Shown here one piece after another: positions 42,479 through 55,345 of a stretch of 64,000 nt of DNA. Below the pieces are notes generated by a model. The model was not told where the DNA came from. It made no database searches and was given only the letters and a program-made list of their open reading frames with translations. The stretch comes from the human T2T-CHM13v2.0 reference genome, Homo sapiens: the NCBI RefSeq assembly GCF_009914755.1, contig NC_060944.1; one strand, written 5' to 3'. Both the position numbers and the translations under genes were made by a program. Numbering within the stretch: position 1 is the stretch's first letter; every line of letters starts with the position of its first letter.

Positions 42479-42621
42479 TGCGGGCAATAGGAAATGGTTA
42501 AAGTGTTTTAAGCAAAGCAATGAGAGGATCAGATTAACTTTTGGAAAAGTTTCCCTTCTGTCTTGAAGAGTTTCATTGGATATGTATCGCCTTTGCTCAA
42601 AGAACAAGCACTGTTTATAGG

Positions 42622-42740
42622 TAGGGTTGCCAGATAAAAAAACAAGAGGCCAGTTAAATTTGAGTTTAAATAAACAACAAATACATTTTTAGTGTGACTA
42701 TGTCTCAGAGTACATGTTATACTTTATCTGGCAGTCCTAC
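42622..42740. mobile_element. MER53 (palindromic hAT MITE), internally deleted
   Basis: TAGGGTTGCCAGATAAAA...CAGTTAAATTTGAG...TTTATCTGGCAGTCCTA termini. Confidence 0.8.
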
Positions 42741-45700
42741 CATAGTCACTGAATTTGGAGTCCCCCAGTGAGCTCTGGCAAAGGCATGGCTGGTTGGACA
42801 ACGACTAGTTTCCTTGAAATCTTCTGGAACCTGGGGGTCATCTTTGAGATGAGCCCATCGATACAATTGCTCAGTGCACCATGACTTCCACGGGAATGGT
42901 CTCAGCATCTACAGAGTGACTCACACTGAACTGGTTAGTTTCAGAAAGAAAAAAATAATAACAAAAATGACTGCGTGGTTGTTTATTACTGGGCTGCATT
43001 TCAGACAGCTCCCGTGTTGCAATCTCGTGATTTATAGCTTTTTGCTGGGCTGACCCAAGCTGGGAGAGGAGGCCTGTTCCACCCTCTTTGCCTGTTGGGC
43101 CCTTTTCACGTGCTGGGGACATCTGTGAGGTTGTGGAAGCTGTCCTTGTTTAGAGTAGCTGCAGCAGCTTCCACCACAGCGCCAAGCTGTGCCCCGCTTC
43201 TGGCCCCTTGGGGACCCACTCTGGGCAGTGGGCACGGCAATCTTTTACTTGACTGCTGTGATCTTTGGTTTACAGATAAATACACCGTGCACCCCTTGCT
43301 TCGAGTCATAGAATTTTTGCCTGTTTTCCAGGCAAACACCTATCTGGGGGTTTTCTGTTCAACCCAGAGCTTCCTTCTGGTTTATGGAATTCTGTAAAAG
43401 GTTTGGAAGAAGACAGACGTGCACGTGATATTGGCTCCATCACTTCTTGGCTGGAGAAGATTACATGAGTTCCTTTATCCCTCCAAGCCTCAGTTTCCCA
43501 TTCTGTAAAATGGGAATCATAATCATCATAGCCCCTTCGTCACAGTGTTGCTGTGAGGTCTGAGTAAGGAAACGCCAGCAAGTGCATCTTTGGAGTAGGA
43601 GAACATGTGAGGTCTGGTTGAGGGGGCTCCTCACCCGGGGCAGGCCCCAGCCAACCACCCCGATGACGCCCAAGATGGAGAACATGGGGTGAAGCACTCC
43701 AGATGGGGAAAACAGGCTAATGCTGGTAAAATGCTAGGACACTGGAAAATTACTGCAGCTTATTGTGGCTTCAAACAATAGGAGGGAGGGATGAGAAAAG
43801 GGGAACATCTTTAGCAAGAAACAAATGAAGTCTTGTTTCTGTGCTTTTGAAAATGGAAGTAGATGAATCTTTTCTCTAGTTGGCATTTTGCTTTATGTGC
43901 TTTGTGTTTTGATATCTTTCAGGAGCCTGGGATTATGAATGTGCCAATGGTTTCAAAAACAATCCCCTATTTTTTTAACTGCCATTTTAAGTTGTGAATT
44001 TCTTTTCTTCTAAAGGTGTCTTGCTTTAATGTTACACCATTTCACTGAATCAAATGCACTTCTTCCCTCACACCATACATAATGGAATATACATTCTATT
44101 ATTTCCCCAAAAGTAAAATTAATAATACGTTTATTCCCTAAAAGAGTAGTGTGCTTATGTTGGAAATTAAGCAGTGGGGAAAGAAGAGAAAGGGGAAAAA
44201 CAGATTCCTAGCACTCCAAGAGATACTCACTCTTTTAAAATAATGGTTTTGTTCCTGATTTTTATCTGAAGCAAAAGGTTATTAAAGTAAAAAATTTGGA
44301 AAATAAAGATATAAAACAGGTAGATTAAAACTGCACTACACAGAGATAATGACTGTTATTTACACACACACACTACAAATTTGAGATCTAATTATATAAA
44401 CTCATGACTAGTATAAAATACAGGTTTTAATCATTTAATTTTAAGCTATGAGAATTTCCCATGTTCCTTTGCTCTCTTGGAAAACAATTACTTCTGTGGC
44501 TGTACAATAGCCACTCTTTCCTGTGGCTGTGCCACCCTTTGACCACCCCTCATCGTTGGGCCGTTAGGTCGTTTCTAGCTTTTCTCCTTTGCATACAACT
44601 CCCCGAAGGCATTTGGCCACTAATCTGTGCCCACATTTCTGAACGTGGCCTAAGCACAGATTTCTCAGATGTCTTCGTCTTCAGAGAATGCAACTATTTT
44701 AAAGTTAAAATTAATTCAGTATGAATCTTCTGCTAATTTTATGTTGATGCTCTTAGAGCTAACTGGAATTCCCAGGGTGGGGATATGGAGAACAGGTTGC
44801 TGAATTCAATAATTTGTCGAACGATGGAATGGTCTGAACATCTACCTGGGGAAAGTAAAATGAAATCTCGCCTCTTTCTGAAACATCTGTGCCTATGTTG
44901 CAGCTGCCAACACAAACTTTGGTGCAATGAAACCACAATGCTCTCCATCAATGCCGAACACAAAAGCAAGACAGCACTAGCTCGCCAAAAGAGGTTCTGG
45001 GGACGCTGGACTCCATTCCCAGAAATACACAACTTGCTTGCATTGCAAAAATGTCTGCCTGGAGTTTCCTCACAGGGCTTGCTCTGCCTGGACTCCACTC
45101 CTGCTGACTGGAGCCATAAGCTCAGTCCTAAACCTGAAGAGCCAGTGGCAGCTGTCCCAGGATTCACCCAGTTGCAATTTGGAATGGGTTGAAAGGCTGA
45201 TTTTTATCTCGAGTGAATATTGCCAGGTTTCCTAGGATGAAAGGGAATCACAAGGATGAGACAGCCAGCAGCAGAGGTTTAGACACATGGTGTGGTCATG
45301 CCCCAGCATGAAACTCTAGGCTCCAGGTTCTCCGGACACAACCCTGCCCTCCCTGCTTAAAACTCTTAGCTCAGAGCACCTGGGCTTTTCAAAAGATGCC
45401 TTAAGCACCAGGCACTATTCCCAAGCCCATCTTCACCTATGTTACCTTCTCTGACAGTAAGATTAGCACATGCTTCGAACCCCAGGTTCTACTGTGTGAC
45501 CCTGTGTAAGTCACTTAACCTCTCTGAGCACCAGTTTTCTCCTTTATAAATTAGGATAATATTATGACCTTCCTTCAAGGGTTGGTACTAGGATTAAGTA
45601 CATTAATGCAAATAAAGTACGTGTAAGAGGCCTACCGTGCAGTCATTACTATTTTTGTCACCAGAATGTGAGCTCCACGGGACAGGGACTTTGTCTGGTT

Positions 45701-45865
45701 TGCTGTGCACCGGAGGTGTGCCTAGAAGAGGCCTGGCACAACTTAGCATACCAAAATGCGTGCTGAACACACAAGGATCACTCACCCTGGACCGGCACTC
45801 TGAGCAGGGCGTCTGAGCCTTTGATTCCTATTTTCTGCTTCTAGGGATGCGTGCTGCTGCTTTAA

Positions 45866-46074
45866 CTTCCCCACTGCCTTCCCCTGTCCACAGAGAGGGG
45901 CGGACATGCGGGACCAAAGACCGTGTTTCTGACTCTGGTCTCAAAGGTCATCCCTCGTTTCTTCCTCCAGCGACGTTCAGCGAGCCCTGGCTAGGGGCCA
46001 GGTACTGTGCTGGGACAGGCACTGGTGCCACAGCAGCGAGGAAAACAGACAAAAATCCCTGCCCTTCTGGATAT
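45866..46074 (+). repeat. 209-bp dispersed direct duplication, copy 1
   Basis: Ungapped match to 49479-49687 with 11 mismatches by manual alignment (~95%). Confidence 0.95.
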
Positions 46075-47340
46075 GGATATTTGGGGCCCTGTGAAAGACC
46101 AAGCAAAGATGCACTGATTTTTCTTCTATGCCAAAAGAAAGCCTGAATGTATTCATTCAAACCCACGTTTCCATCTTTTGAGTACTTTCTACATGCCAAG
46201 CCCTGTGCTGGACCCGAGTCTAGCCCCTCTTCTCTGGAGCAGCTCTTGCCTCTTGGCAACACCGCATGTATAGAAAATGGTAGCATCTAGACAGTGTCCT
46301 GGGCTTAGGCAGCCAGGCTCTGGGGAGTCCGTTATGAGGCTTGGTGAAAAGCTTCATGGCATTTAAAGTACTGTGTAATGATAATAAAGACAAAATACAA
46401 AGGATTACGGGGTATATTTAATACTGAGTTTTGTTTAAAGCTTCCAAATAAAATCTTCTTACCTTAAAAAAAGAACTTGAACTTGCTTCCATATAGGTTC
46501 CTAGCTTATGCCAGATTTTATGCTTGACATGATAGCACACAATTTCTCAGCAAGAATTTTGTTAGGGATATCTGGAAATTACTAATTGCCACTCTTTATG
46601 AGAAATTTTGAATAAATAAGGAATATATTTTTTAAAATCATTTTTAAAACAATATTCAAAAAAGGAACATAAAAGAACAGGTGAAAATTATATTGAAAGA
46701 ATCCAAAGATTCTTTTAACAACATAAAATATTGTAATTTCTTACGATTGTATGCAAGAATTCCAAACTGAACTTTTCCATACCACGTACTTCGAAATAAC
46801 AGTGATGCTCTAATTTGGAGAACAGACATGAACTGTGAGTGCGGTGACTCTGAAGCCAGCTTGGATGATGCTAAAAGGACACATCAGCTGCAAATCAACA
46901 CCAGCTGGGCTCTGGGCCATCTGGACCCTGCCCACCTGCAGCCTCCACCCAGCCTCCTGCCTCCACCTCCCTCCAGCTACACCTGGGGTGGCACATCATT
47001 CACCTTCAGCACCTGAGACACGAGCTCCCTCAGCGCCCCCAGGGGCCCTTGTCCATGAGAGCAGAGGTGTGCTTGCTGTGGGATGTGGACGAAGATGCTG
47101 AGATGCTGGAGGATCTCCTGGTTGAACCTGGAGCATCAGGCAGAGCAGAGTTTGTGCCGGTTGTGTGGGGAGTATGGGGCAGCCATTCACCTCACCCAGC
47201 TTGGGCCATCCTCCGAGGGTCCCTAGAGGAGGCTCCAGGCAGGGGATGGCTGGAACTGGAGCCCTGCAGACTTGGGTCTCTGACCACCCTAATCCCTGAG
47301 CACCATGTTATGCACTAGTAGCTCACCTGTAGGGCTAGAG

Positions 47341-47790
47341 CAGTGGTTCTTGAAGTGGGGTCCCCGGGCCTGCAGCATCAGCAGCATCGGGGAACTTGTT
47401 AGAAATGCATATTCTTGAACAAAAAACCAAACACCGCATATTCTCACTCATAGGTGGGAATTGAACAATGAGAACACATGGACACAGGAAGGGGAACATC
47501 ACACTCTGGGGACTGTTGTGGGGTGGGGGGAGGGGGGAGGGATAGCATTGGGAGATATACCTAATGCTAGATGACGAGCTAGTGGGTGCAGCGCACCAGC
47601 ATGGCACATGTATACATATGTAACTAACCTGCACATTGTGCACATGTACCCTAAAACTTAAAGTATAATAATAATTAAAAAAAAGAAAGAAAAAAAAGAA
47701 ATGCACATTCTTTCCCCCCATCCCTCTGCACTCTGTGTTTTAACAAGTCCTCCAGGTGATTCGGGTGCATGTTCAAGTTCAAGAAGCCCA
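47341..47790 (+). mobile_element. MER5A split by an L1
   Basis: CAGTGGTTCTTGAAGTG...GGAACTTGTTAGAAATGCA, resuming as TGTTTTAACAAGTCCTCCAGGTGATTC. Confidence 0.85.
47417..47696 (+). mobile_element. Young 5'-truncated L1 (L1PA2-like) 3' UTR
   Basis: Near-consensus 3' end (CATATTCTC, GCATTGGGAG, CTAGATGACGAG; GAG rather than ACA, so not Ta); TSD AGAAATGCA(T/C)ATTCTT at 47401-47416 and 47697-47712. Confidence 0.95.
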
Positions 47791-48018
47791 GGTCCAGAAT
47801 TGCTTCTTGTGTCTTACCAGCCTTCTTCTCAGCTATCTCGATCTGTTGGAGGTCCCCCTCTGCCAGGGAACAGTAAGACCCTGCGAACAAAACTTCGCTA
47901 TTGCATCACCTGGAGAGAAATGCAGATTCTTGGGCCCCACTCCAGACCCATGGGGGATGATTCAAAGGTAAAGTTTGAGAATGAGGGACAATCTTGTTAA
48001 AACGAGTTGCTGGTTTGA

Positions 48019-48523
<505 letters not shown>

Positions 48524-49478
48524 TAGAACAGGGCTGGTGAGTGGAGGAGGAAAGAAGCTCTCAGTAGGATTTCTCCTGCCTCACCCTCAAGCTCAAGTCC
48601 TGGAAACTTCTGGGAAGTGAACTGTAGTTGGAATCTCTGTTTCTCCACTGAGGGGCTGTGTGACCTTAGGCAGGAGACTTCACCTCTCTGGTCCTCAGTA
48701 TCTTCAGCTATAAAGTGGGTCTCCTGAGAGTGACTCCTCCTAGTGCTGCTAGGAAGGGATGGAAGCAAATGAGCCATCAGGCACAGGGTGCAGGCGGGGG
48801 TTCCCCTCCTCACATGCTCTCCTGTGGACTAGTGATGCTGGTGGGTGGCCGAGGACGCATCACAGAGACCCCTCTGGAGTGGGTAACTGGAGAGGACCCA
48901 GACAAAGCCCTGGGCGAGCGCCCTGCACAGAGACCCTGCATGGAGGGGGAAGGAGGCCCTCCATTGATTGGGACATGCTCATCTTGACCATCCGTTGACC
49001 ACCCCCAGCCTCAGGAATGCAGATCCCTGTGAACTGTCCGGAGACCATACCCCAGTGCTTCAACGAGTCTTGGATGTGCGGGTGGAGGGCGAACCCCCTC
49101 TTAAAGCTGGGGCCTACGGAGCAGTTGCTGAGATGAAATTCAGGCCTGGCCCCATTTAAATCCAGCCCCCACCTCCCCCTCCTTCCCAATTCGGCCTCCT
49201 CATCCTGCCCAACCTGCTTCACACCCCGACTCAGCCAGCAAACAGGTCTCCCTTTCCTTCCTCCAAAAGGGAAGGGGCTCCCCCAGGGCCTCCGCTGGAG
49301 TGGTTCTGGGTCTCCAAAGTCGGAAGTGCAATCGTGACCAACTCTCAGCTGCACCCTCTGCTGCCTGCAGCGGGTGTTTCACTTGCTCAGCAGGAATCCT
49401 GCCCCTGGTGACACCTCCACCCCAGGAGGCCAGCAAGCCCCTCAGGGAGCAAAACCAGTTGCTCTGGGAGACCTGGGC

Positions 49479-49687
49479 CTTCCCCACCGCCTCCCCCTGT
49501 CCACAGAGAGGGGCGGACATGCGGCACCAAAAACCGTGTTTCTGACTCTGGCATCAAAGGTCATCCCTTGTTTCTTCCTCAAGCGACGTTCAGTGAGCCC
49601 TGGCTAGGGGCCAGGTACTGTGCTGGGACAGGCACCGGTGCCACAGCAGCAAGGAAAACAGACAAAAATCCCTGCCCTTCTGGATAT
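49479..49687 (+). repeat. 209-bp dispersed direct duplication, copy 2 (probable source; runs on into an antisense L2 to ~50020)
   Basis: Match to 45866-46074; L2-like sequence continues past the breakpoint only in this copy. Confidence 0.95.
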
Positions 49688-50035
49688 TACATCCCGGCAG
49701 AGAGACAGAGACAGCGTTCCAGTTACTTAATAAGTAAATAAAAATACAGTGTGTCTGGTGACAAGTTTGTTGGAAACAAAGCCTGATAAAGTCACGGGGG
49801 CCCGGTGCTATTCTAAAGAGGGAGTCCAGGCAGGCCTCAATGAGAAGGGGACATTTGAGTCACGACATTAAAAAGGCAACGCCTGAGCCAGGCAGGTGTC
49901 TGGGGAAGGGCTCATCCGGGAGAAGGAACAGCCAGTGCAAAGCTGCTGAGGGCTTAAGAAACAGCAAGACCGCCAGCGTGGCCACAGCGAAGTGCCGGAG
50001 GGAGGGGAGGAGGGGAAGTCAGAGGCTCTTGTCAC

Positions 50036-50226
50036 CTGCGGTTCTCAGGGGACATCTGGCGACATCTGGAGACATTTTTCCATTGTCATAATTTGGGGAG
50101 TACTACTTGCCATCGAGTGGGTGGGGGCCAGGGATACTGCTAAACACCCTGCAATGCCCAGGGCAGCCCCTGCTCAGAGAACGGCCCAGCCCAATGTCAA
50201 AAGTGCAGTAGTTGAGAAATTCTGCT
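50036..50226 (+). mobile_element. MER20
   Basis: CAGGGGACATCTGGCGACATCTGGAGACATTTTT...GGCCAGGGATACTGCTAAACACCCT...GTTGAGAAA. Confidence 0.87.
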
Positions 50227-51679
50227 CTAGGGCTTGGCTCTGCTCCGCTTATAAGTCACTGCGATGACCTTGCTGTCACCCTGAGAGGGGAGGAATCCAT
50301 TGCAGGGGCTGGAGCATTAAGATCACACTTTGGTTGCAGCAGCACCCCCTGGCTGCCAAGTTGAGAATGGGCAGCCCAGAGGCCAGGAGGGCAGCAGGGA
50401 GCCCAGGGAGGAGGCCGATGGAACGCCCAGGTGAGAGGGTGGTGGCCCAGGAGAGGTGATAAAGGATCAGAGTCCCCACCTGTGATTTCATCTTCACCCA
50501 GTAATTCCAACCTGGGGCGCCAGCCTAAAGAAATAGGCACATACTGAAAAAAAAAAAAAAGGTTCACAAAGGAGGCTAGTATTATGATTGAAAGACAAAA
50601 TTGGGAGTAACATCTCCATTCATTCAACAATAGGGGCCCAGACAGACACAGCTGGGGTGGGAACTCTGAAAAGGTAGCCTGCTCTCCAAGGTGCCTCCTT
50701 GCCTGGAGAGGGGCTCCATCACTGTGTGTCACCTGGGCCATCAGGGAGATCATGGCCAGCACCTCCATGGGCTCCCACACACCCCCTCTGGAGGAGCTTG
50801 GGGGATGAACCTGTGGCTGGAACCCGTGGCTGGAAGGATGTGTGGAAAATGAAGACAGAGCTGGTTGAAGGATTTTCTTCTTTGTTTTGATATTTATTCA
50901 AGTAATAAAATCCAAGCAATGAGTACTCAGACAAAAGAGAACAGCCACACTCACCAGGCCCACCAGAGGCATGAGGGAGGCAGGAAGAGCCTGGAGGTCT
51001 GGAGAGGGGCAGGCCCACCTCTGGGGCGCGACAGGGGCTGGCCTGAGCCTGAAACCAGTGGGGTGGGGGTTTGGGATGGGGTCAGCACACAGCATCGCAC
51101 CCTCTGAAGACCTGTCCCTGAGATTCCAGGGCCGCTCCTCCGCTTCGCTTCCCACTCATCATCCATGCCTCCCCCCACCCCCCACTCTCACCACCTTCTA
51201 GACCAAGTAGTGTAATTAAAGTCAGCAATTTTGTTGGGCTCAACCTGAACATGTGGGTACACGGGCTCCCGATTTGGCCTGCCTCCGAGCGGCGGGAGGT
51301 GTTTCCAATAAACTTGGGCGTTTTTAATGAGTCCTTTACAACTGCTAAATAATTAAGCCAAAGATTGACAAGAGCAACTGGTAGCCCCAAATCTTGGCAG
51401 CAAATAAGAGGAGCAGGGTCCCACCCTGCCATCCCCTCCAGCGGGCCTGTAAATTACGCCGCAAAGCACAAGTACAGCTGTCAGAGCACGGCAGCTTGAG
51501 CAGCTTAGGAAACTAACAAGCACCTATAGGTCTCACAGTTACCTGGGAGGCCTTATTTTATTTTTTCCAGGTTTGATGGGGATCTGCATTGAGGATGGCG
51601 TCTATGCCACTCGTACGGCGGAGACCCAGAGTTCCGCAGATGTGTGTGGTCAAGCCTGCCCAGCAGCGTGGCCAGAGAC

Positions 51680-51851
51680 AGAGCAGATAAAATATAAGAT
51701 GTCCAGGTCAATTTGAACTGCAGATAAACGATGAGTAACTCTTCTTCTCAGCACAAGCAAGTCAGGGCATACTTACAGTAAAAAAAGTTATTCATTGTTT
51801 ATCTAAACACCCAATTTAACTGGCTATTCTGTATTTGATCTGGTGATTCCT
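51680..51851. mobile_element. MER53, near full-length imperfect palindrome
   Basis: CAGATAAAATATAAGATGTCCAGGTCAATTTGAACTGCAGATAAAC mirrored by GTTTATCTAAACACCCAATTTAACTGG...GTATTTGATCTGG. Confidence 0.78.
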
Positions 51852-52130
51852 TTCCACATGGAAGGCCTGTTTGAAAAAATATTTACCTGGAGAGAAATCC
51901 AAAACATGGTCACTGCTTTCTCACTGGGCCCTTCCACGGCGTATATCTTTGGTGGGTGCTGACACAGTGAGCTTGCAGCAGGCAATATCCACAGCAGCTG
52001 AGATGGGGCTTCATGGCCCGGGTCGGAGCCCTGACTCAGCCACTTGCTTACCTGTGTGATCTTGGGCAGCTTTTTAACCTCTGGGAGCCTCGGTTTCTCC
52101 CTGTGCAAAACAGGCATGATAATAGGAATA

Positions 52131-52467
52131 CAGTGGTCCCCCATTGGCAGTTTCGTTTTCCTAGGTTTCTGCTACCTGCAGTCAACTGCGGTCCAAAAAT
52201 ATTCTGAAACTAGAAAATTCCAGAAAGAAACAATTTGTACGTTTTAAATCGTATACTGTTCCGAGTAGTGTGATGAAATCCTGAGCCATCCTGCTCTGTC
52301 CCACCGGGATGTGAGTACTCCCTTGGTCCAGGGTGTCCACATTGGCCACACTATCTGCCCTTTACTGTACAGGAAAAAACGTACATAGGGTTTGGTACTA
52401 TCTGTGACTTTAGGCATCCACTGGGGGGTCTTGGAAAGCATCCCCCACAGATAAGGGAGGAAGACTG
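52131..52467 (+). mobile_element. MER44A-like element inserted in a MIR
   Basis: TA|CAGTGGTCCCCC...GTCAACTGCGGTCCAAAAATATT...GGCATCCACTGGGGGGTCTTGGAA. Confidence 0.85.
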
Positions 52468-52681
52468 CCTTTCATAACATTGTTTTGATGGTGTCCGAAC
52501 ATACTTCATATTAAGCACTTAGTACAAAGCCTGGCACTTAGTAAGCCCTTGAACACATGTTAGCTGGAGTCATTTTGTGTTTTAAACTTCATTCCTACGG
52601 AATCCATATCCCAAACTTCTGATGGCCTTTCCATTAAAAGGACAAGATCAGAATGCCTGTGTTGGAACAAAACATGGCCCC

Positions 52682-52850
52682 TTATCCAGGCATGGTGGTA
52701 CACACCTGCAGTCCCAGTTACTCAAGAGGCTGAGGTGGGAGGATAGCTTGAGCCTAGGAGTTAGAGGCTGCTGTGAGCAGTGATCACTGGTACTCCAGCC
52801 TGCATGACAGAGCAAGATTTTATCTCTTAAAATAAATAAAATGAAAAAAG
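52682..52850 (+). mobile_element. Alu right monomer (FRAM or truncated AluJ)
   Basis: Single arm plus A tail; TSD AAAACATGGCCCC. Confidence 0.88.
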
Positions 52851-53221
52851 AAAACATGGCCCCAAGGCTAATGTTTTGGGCTGGACCCCAAAAAACTAGG
52901 ACCTTCTGCTTTCAAAGTCAGTCTGGTTGCCTTCGAGTGTTTATGGGGTCCAACCAGGACAAAACCATGACACACTTTGCACAGTTCCCCAGTAGCAACA
53001 CAGGGACTGTGCTGGGGCCACCTGGTTAGAGGCACTGTTCCTGAATTTGAGAACCAGTTGAAAGGTAATCCTGACTGACTCCCCAGTCCCACATCTAACT
53101 GCTGGGCTCACTGCTATGGAGATCATACCAGGACATGGTGACTGATTGTGTTGGAAACTATTTGAGTCACTTGCCTTTCCAATTCCTGCACAGCTCTGAG
53201 CACCGGGCCAGGTTCAAAGTA

Positions 53222-53651
53222 CAATCATGCATTGCCTAACGATGCAGATGCATTCTGAAAACAGAATCCTTAGGTGATTTTGTCGCTCTGTGAACTCTGT
53301 AGCATGTACTCACATGAACTTAAATGGTATATAGAAGGTATAGCTTACCACACACCTAGGCTACCTGGTACGGCCTACTGCTCCCAGGACACAAACCTGT
53401 ACAGAATGTTACTATACTGAACACTGTAGACAACTGTAACACAATGGTGAGTACTTGTGTACTGAAACATAACTAAACATAGAAAATGGAATGCATTGCA
53501 CTATGACATCATGGCAGCTACACTGTCACTAGGCAATAGGAAATTTTCAGCTCCATTATAATCTTATGGGACTCCATCTTATACAGTATATGCAGCCCAT
53601 CATATATGTAATCTGTCATTGACTGAAACATCTTTATGTGACACATGATTG
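53222..53651 (-). mobile_element. Tigger3-derived element
   Basis: TA|CAATCATGCATTGCCTAACG...CACACCTAGGCTA...TTTTCAGCTCCATTATAATCTTATGGGAC. Confidence 0.82.
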
Positions 53652-54051
53652 CAGAATCAGGAATCTGCTCTCCAGGAGCTGAAACTGTGGAAGAAGAGAT
53701 GAGCTATGAGGGCAAATAAGGCTAAATCAGGCCAGGGAAGGAGCTACTCTTCACCGAACAACTATTATTTGTTGAGTGTCATTTGCATATGGCATGCCAT
53801 TTAATGCAATTTGGAGGACAGCCCTGAGAGGCTGTGTACAGAGGGAACTCCCAAGACTCAATAGGACGAAGAAGGTGCCCCCAGTGTCAACTGGAAGGCA
53901 GGGGACTGAAACTCAAACCTGGACTTGAGGCAGCTTGAGGGATTGAGGCAATATTTAGGTTTAGAAATGGAGAGGTCAAGATGAAGGGCAGTGAATTCTC
54001 CCCTAGAAGCTTAAAAAGAAATTCCGATAATCTACAGAGAAGAAGCTAGTG

Positions 54052-54259
54052 CTGATCTATCCAATATGGCTGCCATGAGCCACGTAGGGCTATTTAAACT
54101 AATAAAAATTAAATGAAATTTAAAATTTAGCTCCTCCGTCACACTACCCACTTTCAAGAACTCAGAGACCACATGTGGCCACTGGCTGCCATTTGCATAG
54201 AGCAGGTATGGAGGCCTCTTCACTTCCATCATCACAGAAACTTCTATTGTTGCGCACTG
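54052..54259. mobile_element. MER3
   Basis: TCCAATATGGCTGCCATGAGCCACGT...AAAATTTAGCTCCTCCGTCACACTA...TCCATCATCACAGAAA. Confidence 0.78.
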
Positions 54260-54585
54260 GTGTAGGGACTAGGGAAAAGTTTCTTTTCTGTGTCTAAATA
54301 TTCCAAGAAAAATTAGAAATGAAATTTTCAATTTTCAAATGAAAAATTCAATCTTAATATTTGGGTTGCTTAAGCCTGAGGATAAAACCTAAGTTCTGGG
54401 CTCCTGTGAGAAAGACTACACAGCCCTAAGAAAAAATTCAAGGGAAAAAGAGCACCAGAACCCCAAAACTCCCATGGTAAATGTAGAACCTTAAGAAAAC
54501 AATCTAGCACTCTTAAGAAAGAGTACACTTCCACTGCAGGCTTTCTTCTTTTAACCTCTTAGTGGATTGTCTGATGAAATAATCA

Positions 54586-54770
54586 TGTTCAGATATATAT
54601 ATATATCGTGTTCAGATATATATATATATAGTGTTCATATATATATATAGTGTTCAGATATATATATATCGTGTTCAGATATATATATATATATAGTGTT
54701 CAGATATATATATATATATATAGTGTTCAGATATATATATATGTATTGTGTTCAGATATATATATATATA
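54586..54770. repeat. Compound minisatellite TGTTCAG(AT)n(A/C)G, 8 units
   Basis: Eight TGTTCA anchors, each followed by a variable AT run. Confidence 0.95.
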
Positions 54771-54920
54771 AAATCCCAGGATCAGCTTGATTCTGGGCAC
54801 TGATTTCTATACGAATTTTTGGATGCCCAAGTCCACACAGCAAAGTTACAGCCCTGATAAACACCTAAAGTAGTATTGCAAATTACTTTCTTAAAGAAAG
54901 GAAATGAAGGTAAAAAGTAT

Positions 54921-55345
54921 GTTGTTAGAATTCCATTTGATTGCATATAAAAGAGAACTTAAATAAGTGACTTAAACAAGGGGTACCTATTTCCTTTTCA
55001 TCTAAAAGATGTCTAGAGAAGAGCAAACCTGGACTGGCAAGGGCACATAGTCACTGAGAACCCAGGCTCCTTCTGTTTTTCTGCTTTTCATTCTTAGCAT
55101 GAGATTTCTTAGAGTCGTAGGTCTCCTCGTCGTCCAGAATGGCTGCTGGAGCTCCAGCCATCATAACTTATTCCAGGCAGGAGAAAGAAGCAAGGGAATT
55201 GGCAATGAGAGAAAGGGCGCACTTCTCAGCTGAGCCAACTTGACTTTAAGAAGCCTACAGAGCAGCCCCATGCAATGACCCTGCCTTACATCTCATGAGC
55301 CAGCTCTACCTGCAGGGATTCCAGAGATAAAGTCATTTAACTGAA
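54921..55345 (-). mobile_element. MLT1J-like MaLR LTR
   Basis: GTGACTTAAACAAG...ACCCAGGCTCCTTC...ATGGCTGCTGGAGCTCCAGCCATCA...TTCCAGGCAG. Confidence 0.72.

Noticed and set aside
45885-45905. CTCF site within the duplicated unit (CCACAGAGAGGGGCGG)
   Set aside because: Spacing does not fit the CCASYAGRKGGC core; better read as a GC box.
49017-49125. ATGCAGATCCCTGTGAACTGTCCGGAGACCAT faintly resembles the ubiquitin CDS start
   Set aside because: Needs several gaps in 40 bp, peptide similarity ends after about five residues, no poly(A) or TSD; likely chance unless a sensitive tblastn says otherwise.
51740-51790. miR-1302 family locus
   Set aside because: The MER53 centre differs from the mature miR-1302 sequence as I recall it, and the inner stem is poorly paired.
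54586-54770. CRISPR-like repeat-spacer array
   Set aside because: Anchor is only 7-9 nt, spacers are (AT)n, primate context, no cas genes.
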